Part shown: one piece after another, positions 53,559-64,000 of the stretch
Position numbering within the stretch: position 1 is the first letter of the stretch
Layout: each line of letters begins with the position of its first letter
Source: Octopus bimaculoides
Lineage: Eukaryota
Assembly: GCF_001194135.2 (NCBI RefSeq)
Contig: NC_068989.1
Location: forward strand, 2,175,355-2,239,354
Reading direction: 5' to 3'
Length of the DNA: 64,000 bases
Notes under the pieces: model-generated
Told to the model about the DNA's origin: nothing
Seen by the model: only the letters and a program-made list of their open reading frames with translations
Database searches by the model: none
Program-made: the position numbers and the translations under genes

Positions 53559-54639
53559 TACATGTTTATGTGTGTGTACCACATCGAGTGTAACTACCAG
53601 CTGCCTGAATTATCTCATTTACATGTCATTGACCTATTTCAGTTAGCTCCCTTAGCTCACATTTTGTAATTATGAGTTATAAATCATCATTTGAACTTCT
53701 TCATTTTTTTTTTACTCAAGAATAACTTTAAAAAATTATTTAATTTTAGTTTAGAATTAATACGAGGAAAACGATCACAGCATGTCAGAAGATTTGGACA
53801 ATGGAGCATATGGAATCAAGATGCATTAGAATGTAATATCACAATTAACTAAATCTAATTATTTCTAGTCAGCATTTTAATGCTGCAAACATTAAATGAA
53901 GCTACCGATCTATTGTAACTAAAGTAACGGATTATACGAGTCAACGAGGGAGCCTTATGTAATCACTAGATTTGCAAGAAATAGCAACTAAATCTGAGTT
54001 CGATTACGTCCTACAGTCTTAAAAAAATTAAATGGCACATTAGATAGTGTAATCTTAGATATCTTAGACAGAATGTCACAGTAAAGATGTCCTTGATCAC
54101 GCCTTATTCACCACCACCGCCGCCGCCGCCGCCGCTGCTACCACCACAACCAGTTATTGATTCATTTTTATGATGAAAATTCCTACCTTGTAGTGAAATA
54201 CGATATAAAATCATGTGTAAGGAAGTCGATTTAAAAGATTGTTCATAGGTCAGACTAATTAGTTTCATGTTGAGTGTAAGAAGACCAGAGCGGCATGATA
54301 CTTAGCTAAATAGACAATTATGTAATAATGCTAACATTCTGCTTATAATCAAATGTCACATGTATCAAAATGATATTTCATTCAAACAAAAATTATGGCT
54401 TATGAATGCCATGCTTTAAGCTAATAGACGAGTTGCAGTGAACGTCTCTTCCAAATTTATGGCGACATGCAGGGACAATTAAAAGCATCGGCGTATTCAT
54501 ATCACATGTGTTTTTGTCAATTCACTGTGTCTGTTATTGCGTGGCAGTCTGTGAAAATATGTGTGCGCCTGAATGTGTATGCAGTCGCAGGTATTCATTT
54601 AAATACATTCTGGAGCAAAACATCTTGATGGCAAGATAT

Positions 54640-54835
54640 TGATTTCTAATTTTGGCACGAGTCCAGCAATTTCAGAGGAGTAAGTTGATTAGATCAACTC
54701 GAAATTTTAACTGGTACTTCTTTTATCAACTGCAAAAGAATAAAAGGGAAAGTTGTCCCTCGGAGAAATTTGAAGCCAGAACATAATGACTAAGAATTTT
54801 ACCTAGAATGCTAAGGATTCTGCCAACTTGTCGAC
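54640..54835 (-). mobile_element. Decayed SINE family B copy
   Basis: Reverse complement has ggcagaatccttagc..aaatttctccgagggacaactt..gttgataaaagaagtaccagtt. Confidence 0.7.
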
Positions 54836-55118
54836 TTGGCGCTATGACACGATATTAAATAGAATGTTTATTAAAGTGCAAGCGATGTCAATATAAAGTT
54901 GATTTAATATCTACCACTTGAAATTGTCAGTTTCTCCTAAGATATTTAAACAGCAGGTGAGTGCACACATTTACATAGCATTATTGTTGACAAGATCGTT
55001 ATAATTTCCTTATGCTTTTAATCATTGTCGCATAAATCATTATCATAATCTATGTCACAGAAATTTAATCACATAAAACAACGATATATGCGATGTGGAT
55101 CTCTATGCAGTAATCTCC

Positions 55119-55178
<60 letters not shown>

Positions 55179-56858
55179 NNNNNNNNNNNNNNNNNNNNNN
55201 NNNNNNNNNNNNNNNNNNNNNNNNNNNNNNNNNNNNNNNNNNNNNNNNNNNNNNNNNNNNNNNNNNNNNNNNNNNNNNNNNNNNNNNNNNNNNNNNNNNN
55301 NNNNNNNNNNNNNNNNNNNNNNNNNNNNNNNNNNNNNNNNNNNNNNNNNNNNNNNNNNNNNNNNNNNNNNNNNNNNNNNNNNNNNNNNNNNNNNNNNNNN
55401 NNNNNNNNNNNNNNNNNNNNNNNNNNNNNNNNNNNNNNNNNNNNNNNNNNNNNNNNNNNNNNNNNNNNNNNNNNNNNNNNNNNNNNNNNNNNNNNNNNNN
55501 NNNNNNNNNNNNNNATATATAAAGAAGTAAAGGCGCGTGGCTTAGTAGTTACGGAAAACCAAGAAATTAAAATTTAACAAACGAATTGGACGGTTGACTT
55601 GGCGATACAAGAAAATAATTAATAAGAAATACGAAAATAATGAGAGAAATAATTTCATGTATGTATAATTGAAAGAAACACATTAGAAATACTAAGCTTG
55701 GTGTAATTACACATTACTAGTAAAAAGACGCTGTTTGGACGGTGCTATTTATCCGGCAGCCATTGTCCGATTTTGATTCTTTTGAAGTGGCAATATATAT
55801 TCAGTACCAGGTGTTGATATGGTTGTCTGTCTATTATTACAAGAGTTCATACAGAGAAGAAGAATAAAGTTAAGAACTATGTATTTACTATATAAAAATA
55901 CATTTTATTTCCTGGTCGATGATGATACATAATCAAATTGTAGAATCTAGTTGAATGAAGTAATCTATGCAAGAAAGTTCAGAGATAGGAAATATAGAAG
56001 TAACAGCTAAGCGGTGGCTTTCAGTCATGTGGCGTAGAGAAACAGACGGACAAGCTCTTTTTTAATGGAACAATAGACGTTCAGGAAACTTCCAAGAGAA
56101 ATGCTAAGCTTCTTGAATAATTAAGAATCACATCTCATGACACAGATGCTTCGAGAAACTTAGTAAAGGGAGGTTACTCTATAAACCTTCTTGCAAGGGA
56201 GATCATTCAACTATTCAGCTACATAGACTACTACACTTCCGTGTGCTGATTCGGTACATGCTGGGTACAACCGAATATTGGTTGTACATCAATTTTGTTT
56301 CAACAGAGGCGCATGTTCTCGTTTTATTTGTGCTCTATTGACAACTAGACGAAAATAAGAATAAATCGCTTACCGAGTCATTGTTGTAGCGCCGGATCTA
56401 CACTGAATGAACAAAAATATGATTCAAGGCATTCCAGTTATTGCCGGGCCATCGTTTCCTCAGATTTAATCTATCTGGAACCACCATCATTAAGGAACTA
56501 CTCCAAATATAGAAACAAAGAAAATCTGCTAATAATCGTCTCTAAATACAGACCTTCTCGAAATTAAATTCTACTTAATATTAATATCTATTATTTTCTT
56601 TAAAGATAAATCTTTTGCATAGCAATTCTGCAGCTGCTTTTAACGCGAATCAGCCTTGTAATTAAAATGTGATATCTATTACTTTTTACAAAAAGAAAAC
56701 GAAAAGATGCAAAAATCAAATGGAAGCAAAACAAATGAAAACAAATATTACCAGTGTCATATATTTAATGTATGTTTGCTGCTAAACGTTTGTAGCTGCG
56801 TTATTTCGACTAAGGGAGGTTCCGTTGCAGATTTGTTTCGGAAGTGTGGCGTGTATAA

Positions 56859-56910
56859 GACACTGATGAACAGAAATAAAAGAAAAGACTGCGAAATATC
56901 GGCATCTGTC
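56859..56910 (+). ncRNA. Minimal type I hammerhead ribozyme motif, slightly degenerate
   Basis: GACA-CUGAUGA-A-CAG-(15 nt A-rich)-CUG-C-GAAA-UAUCGGCA-UC-UGUC. 4-bp stem I and intact core; 10.1:11.1 is A-C and stem III is weak. Confidence 0.55.
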
Positions 56911-57294
56911 ATCCTCATTCCCTTTCTGGGAGACTTCGTTTCGCCTAGCTTTGAAGTAGACTGTGTTTTCTATTTTTCTTTCTTTTGGAAGCGCAATACC
57001 TCTTTAAAGGGACAAAATAGCGCAGCTACAAGCGTTTAACAACACACATCTATTTATTATGTGATACTAATAATGTTTGCATTACAGAGCTGCTTCTAAT
57101 AAAATAAATTTTAATTTTGCAAAACAAATATATCTTTGAAGAAATTTAATTCACTGAAGTGAACTAATTTCCTTGGCTCTCAATATGTCTCACTACATTA
57201 AACAGCAGAATCAGTGAATAATTCGCGGTTGATTTGACCCGTACATCACCACCATCACAGCGAATACTATCGTAGGGATAGTTTAGACAATTCT

Positions 57295-57500
57295 TTCTAC
57301 TTGTAAGCAGATAGCCGGAAATTAAGGGGAGAGGGAGCAGTCAATTTTATCTATACCAGTGCTCATCTGGTACTTATTTTATAGACTCAGAAAGTATGAA
57401 AAGTAAAGTCGACCTCCGCGTTATTTGAACTCAGAACGTAATGCCGGAAAAAATGCTGCTGTTCGTTTGTGCAGCGTGCTAACGATTCTACCTGCTATAG
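57295..57500 (-). mobile_element. SINE family B copy
   Basis: Reverse complement gcaggtagaatcgttagcacgctg..acgttctgagttcaaataacgcggaggtcgacttt. Confidence 0.8.
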
Positions 57501-57690
57501 CTAGCCTTGGCTATAGTTTTAGACAACGATGCACATATTCATATGATCTTGCTCATTATATTCTCTATGTGAAGGCGGCTTACTTTTGTCATTTATTACA
57601 CCATGGTTTGCAAGGAATGGATACTTGTGAAATATAGCTTTGTTTTAATGAGTTTGTTTTCTAAAGTCTAAATTGCCGAGGAGTTCTAAA

Positions 57691-57691
57691 C

Positions 57692-57722
<31 letters not shown>

Positions 57723-57764
57723 CTTCTTCTTCTTCTTCTTCTTCTTCTTCTTCTTCTTCTTCTT
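57691..57764 (+). repeat. (TTC)n microsatellite
   Basis: Directly visible. Confidence 0.95.
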
Positions 57765-58526
57765 GAAATCAGTAAAATTATCCTGTGGTAAAAGGACACG
57801 TATGATCATTCACAGCTGAACTGATATATTGCCGGAGTCGTTCAGAATCGACCAATGATCGACAGCAAGCAAAAGCAATAAAGAAGGAAGATGTTGGCAC
57901 TGGAATTAAATTACAGTCAAGATAATATATAAAACGTTTTTCTCGCTCTTCGAGAATGTGTTACACAGGAATTCCCGTTCGTAACTGCATACGAAGTTAT
58001 CCAAATTTACGAAATTCTCTCGATAATATTCTCCGATACATGGCGTCTGTTGAGACGTGTTCTCATTGCGTTAGCGCTCGCTAACACAAACCACAGCTAG
58101 AAGCTAAACAAAATACAATAATCCATAGGCATGATACTTAACAGTGGTTTCCGTGTAATAAAAAGAGAAACAATCAGCTTTCAATATAGATTGGTATCGC
58201 TTGTATATTCAACACACACCACTAGGCTATTCGACATGTCTATTCGTTCATAGCAATAATGATCGCGTGACAAGAAATTTGTAGTCAGCACGATGACATT
58301 GTTCATTTCTATAACGTGGAAAGAATTTACCTTTGAGGGATTTTAAAGTGCTGTTCCTTACGTCGATTCACACAATGATGAATGAAATATATAATTCAGT
58401 TGAGTGAGCATTTGCGTAAACTGGTTGCTATGTGTTGCTTGTTGCTTGTTACAAGAGCAACATTCATCTTCACGTCTCTGCCTTGAGTGTATTTACTTCG
58501 TTTTCCTTTCTTTTCTTCTCTGTCTA

Positions 58527-58566
<40 letters not shown>

Positions 58567-58686
58567 TCAAAAGACACACATATCTACATGTATGTATGTA
58601 TATATATATGCATATCTATATACATATATATATACACGAATATATATTACATAGACATATGTTAAGTACATATATAATATATAATG

Positions 58687-58735
<49 letters not shown>

Positions 58736-59219
58736 NNNNNNNNNNNNNNNNNNNNNNNNNNNNNNNNNNNNNNNNNNNNNNNNNNNNNNNNNNNNNNNNN
58801 NNNNNNNNNNNNNNNNNNNNNNNNNNNNNNNNNNNNNNNNNNNNNNNNNNNNNNNNNNNNNNNNNNNNNNNNNNNNNNNNNNNNNNNNNNNNNNNNNNNN
58901 NNNNNNNNNNNNNNNNNNNNNNNNNNNNNNNNNNNNNNNNNNNNNNNNNNNNNNNNNNNNNNNNNNNNNNNNNNNNNNNNNNNNNNNNNNNNNNNNNNNN
59001 NNNNNNNNNNNNNNNNNNNNNNNNNNNNNNNNNNNNNNNNNNNNNNNNNNNNNNNNNNNNNNNNNNNNNNNNNNNNNNNNNNNNNNNNNNNNNNNNNNNN
59101 NNNNNNNNNNAATAAAGAACCACAGCACAGGTGTCTATGGCAGACTATGTTATTTTTCCAACATGGTTTACATATAGAAGTACAAAGTACATAAGGAATT
59201 AGAGGATGAACAGAAGTTT

Positions 59220-59348
59220 AATCTTACAGCTGTTTCGGCCTAGTTTTAGCAAGCCCCATTCTATCCGAATATTCCTTTCCGGAGTGATTATCGGATGACA
59301 TTTTGAAATGGGGTTACATGCCCGAACCTCTAGGCCTCGTCAGAGATT
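59220..59348 (-). ncRNA. Intact type I hammerhead ribozyme motif with an extended stem II (PLE-type)
   Basis: Minus strand: AAUCU-CUGACGA-GGCCUAG..86 nt..CUAGGCC-GAAA-CAGCUG-UA-AGAUU. All conserved core bases present, G10.1-C11.1, 7-bp stem II, 5-bp stem I, palindromic stem III. Confidence 0.88.
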
Positions 59349-62300
59349 CACAAAGGGTTTCATACAAATGTAGAGCAAGAGGTAAAAACAGAGGTGTGGT
59401 AGAGACAAGAAGAAAAACAACAGCAAAAATAAGATAGAAATAAAAATTAAAAATAAAATTAAAATCAAAATATAAATAAAAATAAAAATATATAATGTCT
59501 TTTTTGTCTTTGTTGCCGTACTCATTCGCTAAAGGGGTCTAATACACAGCGTTACCCGTTATGCCACTATTAACTGGCAACTTGAGGACCTTTAGCGGAG
59601 TCCACACTGTTAAAAATATTCGACTGAGGCACTTTGTTTACACCATTCTTCTTCCTTCTGTCAAATTTCGGACGCCAAACGACAGGTCATGGTCACTGCC
59701 TTCTTTCGGGCTAACAGATAAACTAATTACTCTTGGGATTTTGTAGATAACTCTCCAATACTTACCATGAATTTACGAAACTGTTTCTTTGGTTACATAT
59801 ATCTGATTGGCATATAAATTTTGGAACACTTTTTACATGAACGACTTCACTAATTAAAGGATGCTTGTTTATTAAAACTTGAGGTGTGCCAGCGTATTAA
59901 TGTGTGTATAGGTATGAGTATATGTGTGTGTGTGGGGGATGATGTAAATCTTGATGTTCAATATATCTCTATCGATTCCAGGCAATATTCTGACAACATT
60001 TCTTCTCGTGTCTTGCATTACTGAATCGTCAATGATACTTGTCCAGTTCTATTTATTTGGGTTGGAACGTTTTTCTTTTTCTTAAACTTGCCGATAATTT
60101 CTTCAAAATTCTTGTAATGCTTTTCTTCTTTGTTGATTTTCAACTCTCATGAAAGACTTTATAATTTCCTATACACTCCAAAGTTATCTGGAAAACATGT
60201 TTCTTTTCTTCGAATTATTTAACATTTTTTTCAAACGCTGCATTATTGAAGATTTTGCTTTCACCACTTCATTGAAGTTTCCACTTTCTTAAAACTCACT
60301 CTTCTTCTCGATTTCGCATAGCTTTTAAATCAAATCTAACATATAACGCTATAATATTTTCTTCCGTTAATATCTTTTCCAATCTCTTCATTTCTATGCT
60401 AGCTGCCTTTTTCATTTAAATTCAATGATTTCCCTGCGAGTTTTTATCCAGTTACTACGAAACCCATTGCACAGAATACTTCATATTTAAAATAGCTTCA
60501 CTTGTTTGCCGGGTTATTCTAATGTTTAATTAGCCTCTGCGTTTATAACCCTTATTTTGCTTTCATATTGCATTTCATCACTTTAGAATTGGCTTCACTG
60601 TTATATTTCCATAGTTCAAATGAATCTTCCTGACTTTAATTTGCAATTCCTTTCATGGTTATCTCTTTTTCTTTCTTTGTTTTCTCTTTTATTTTGGTGG
60701 GGTGGGGCTGGGGGTCACTGCCGACAATAATTCTTATTCGTTGCACCGTAATTTTTAGTATCGAACTTTCACTTCTGAGGATATTTTCGCTGCTATTGAA
60801 TAGTATGGTCCTGTCTAGCCTTGCTTTGAGCGCATTCTGCCCTAATTATCGTTGAGGCTTCAGCATCTATATCTAGGCGCATATTCATTGTGTGCACTTA
60901 ACATACGTAGTCCTTTGAATCCTCGATTCCAAAGCTTCTGCTATATCTTGAGACATCAGTCATTAATAAGAAGAGTCGAAATTACTGCCTACAAGATTCC
61001 ACAGCTTATAGTTGGCATTTGAACTTTTCAGATCGCCCTCGTAGTTTCGATGTGAGCAACTCTACTGTTCATTAGTCAAAAGCATATTTTCACGAAACCG
61101 GTTATGTCTGACAGAGAATTAAAGAATTTCCTGAAGTTTTCGTCTGAGATGAGAAGATGGAAATAATATTTTGTTAGAAAACTAAAGGCATGAATGAAAA
61201 TTAACATCTCACTTGAAAGCTCCCATGTTTTATATATTTCTGTATTGTCCAGGTAACTGGCACATTGTTAAAATGCTTCTTACTGCAGATTTTAAACAAA
61301 TTTCCAAAGAATTCTATGGAAATCTTTCTATACAGTGAAACTCCAGGCAAAAAAGTTTTCACGTTGTCAAAATTGGGTTTTTTTAAATATTATTAATGTA
61401 TAATTTCTTTCTAGAAACGTGAGATTTCACTGTCCTCACGGAACACAAAATAATTTGACAAATATTAATCGTGTCTTTCCTATAACCAGCTTGTACTAAT
61501 TTTCTCAAGCACTATTTCGTTTTCATTTATTGAACGGATAAATATATCTAGATCACTATACGTGGTGATCTAGCTGATAGTTAATAAATTATTTTTAATT
61601 TAAAATTTATCAAAACGCGTTGTAGGATATATAAAAATCAGTCTTATAATAGACCTGTATGTGTTGATCGTTCTTAAAAAAAAAAAAAAGATGGCAAAAA
61701 AGTGCGATTGTAACCAAAAGAAAGGTGCCGAATAACTCGGATGTATTAAAATTCGGTGTTCTCATAAAAGTATTTCAAACCGATAGATTCTATTTGTCGT
61801 TCGAAACCTCTTGATCTCAATGACAGTCCTTAGAAAATTTGAAAGTAAATGTAATCGGAAACTTGAAGAGTGCTTTCAAAATTTATCATCTTTAATTTCA
61901 TAAATTCAGAAATATGCACGCGATCACATTAAGCAATATTAATTAAAAAGTTATAACGCATTAATTAACCAGTTAGTTATAATGCTTTAAGAAAACATGA
62001 AAGATGCTAGAGAGAATAATGATTCGAATTGAAGAAAATTTCTTATCTTGTATCTTCATGGAGCGTTTGGTTCTACTTTGATTTACAAAGTGCAGGGATG
62101 TTATATGAAACTGATATCCGCTAATTATTAGTTGTTTGGTAAAATTATGATCCATAAGTCAAACACGCAAGGGATACTTAGCTAAATTTAATGTAATTAA
62201 AAAAACACTGTTCACATAGAAAAATGATTCAAAACGATGTAATATTCGATAATATATTTTCAAAAGTGAATCTATTACAACATCTAAGTAAATGTTATAA

Positions 62301-62533
62301 AATTGCAAATGATATTCTAATGAATAAATTAAAGGTTTTATCAAATTTTAAACACAACACTCGACGAATAGGATGTATTTTGTGGGAGTAGAGTAGAATA
62401 ACTTGCAATATCCAGTCAAGTCGTTTGCACTCTGAGACCGTTTTTTGCGTTTCCTTCGAGCTAGGGGTCGACAAACAAGGTATTAGACCGAAACACCGAA
62501 ATTGTGGATTCGTTAAGGCATCAGACGAGGTGA

Positions 62534-62534
<1 letters not shown>

Positions 62535-62616
<82 letters not shown>

Positions 62617-62624
62617 CATTATTA

Positions 62625-62689
<65 letters not shown>

Positions 62690-63316
62690 NNNNNNNNNNN
62701 NNNNNNNNNNNNNNNNNNNNNNNNNNNNNNNNNNNNNNNNNNNNNNNNNNNNNNNNNNNNNNNNNNNNNNNNNNNNNNNNNNNNNNNNNNNNNNNNNNNN
62801 NNNNNNNNNNNNNNNNNNNNNNNNNNNNNNNNNNNNNNNNNNNNNNNNNNNNNNNNNNNNNNNNNNNNNNNNNNNNNNNNNNNNNNNNNNNNNNNNNNNN
62901 NNNNNNNNNNNNNNNNNNNNNNNNNNNNNNNNNNNNNNNNNNNNNNNNNNNNNNNNNNNNNNNNNNNNNNNNNNNNNNNNNNNNNNNNNNNNNNNNNNNN
63001 NNNNNNNNNNNNNNNNNNNNNNNNNNNNNNNNNNNNNNNNNNNNNNNNNNNNNNNNNNNNNNNNNNNNNNNNNNNNNNNNNNNNNNNNNNNNNNNNNNNN
63101 NNNNNNNNNNNNNNNNNNNNNNNNNNNNNNNNNNNNNNNNNNNNNNNNNNNNNNNNNNNNNNNNNNNNNNNNNNNNNNNNNNNNNNNNNNNNNNNNNNNN
63201 NNNNNNNNNNNNNNNNNNNNNNNNNNNNNNNNNNNNNNNNNNNNNNNNNNNNNNNNNNNNNNNNNNNNNNNNNNNNNNNNNNNNNNNTATCATTATTATT
63301 ATTATTATTATTATTA

Positions 63317-63365
<49 letters not shown>

Positions 63366-63373
63366 CATTATTA

Positions 63374-63438
<65 letters not shown>
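62535..63438 (+). repeat. (ATT)n microsatellite spanning an assembly gap
   Basis: Visible on both sides of the N-run. Confidence 0.9.
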
Positions 63439-63439
<1 letters not shown>

Positions 63440-64000
63440 TGAAAACCCGTCCTAACTACTGCAATCAAATATCTACAGCATCCAAATATAAGAACTATTC
63501 ACCCATCATATATATCAAGATTACTTTGCGTATAATACACTCAGTAACTCAATAATAAGAAAAGTTATAAAATTCAAAAGAATCAGTCGGCAAATTCCAG
63601 CAGAACCTGCACATCGATACAGATAAAGAAATCTTTTAAATCTTTTATACACCTCATTTCAAACTGCTACGCATACCAACTCATCTATGTATGCATGCAT
63701 GCATGCATGTATGTATGTATGTATGTATGTATGTATGTATGTATGTATTTACACAGACAAAACACGGGGCCTGATAGCATAGTATCGTTAGGGGTTTCCT
63801 GACAATAAATTGATTGTGATTTAATTCACACTACGTGTAAACATACATTGCGCTGATATAAGCCTGTCAGCAACGCGCGCGCACTCACTCACACAGACAC
63901 ACAGACACACAGACACGCGCACACGCACACAAACACATACACATATGTATGCGTATACATATATGTATATACATATATGTATATATATATATGTATATAT

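Noticed and set aside
59550-60900. Possible PLE ORF upstream of the 59.2-kb hammerhead
   Set aside because: No convincing RT or GIY-YIG motif could be read in the frames I examined.

Overview
AT-rich eukaryotic DNA dominated by repeats, from a short-read scaffold with many N-gaps, almost all bounded by microsatellites. The SINE sequences and microsatellite load resemble an octopus genome; this is an inference, not a database result. I can support no host protein-coding exon, rRNA, true tRNA or CRISPR array. Most ORF-track entries are microsatellite or N artefacts. The window holds more than 25 tRNA-type SINE copies (at least 3 families), decayed LINEs of the CR1-like, RTE, L1/Tx1 and R4/Dong (RLE) clades, two Tc1/mariner transposase relics and a Penelope-like (PLE) RT relic. 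The main result is five sequence-distinct minimal type I hammerhead ribozyme (HHR) motifs at 13.9, 22.5, 33.5, 56.9 and 59.2 kb, plus one weak candidate at 16.8 kb. They have short, mostly palindromic or near-palindromic stem III, the architecture known from PLE pseudo-LTRs. The 59.2 kb motif has a fully intact core and an 86-nt structured stem II insert. The 33.5 kb motif is folded back on by a 68-bp inverted duplication. Also notable are a stack of four same-orientation R4/Dong-like fragments at a (TAA)n array and a ~190-bp branched hairpin element.
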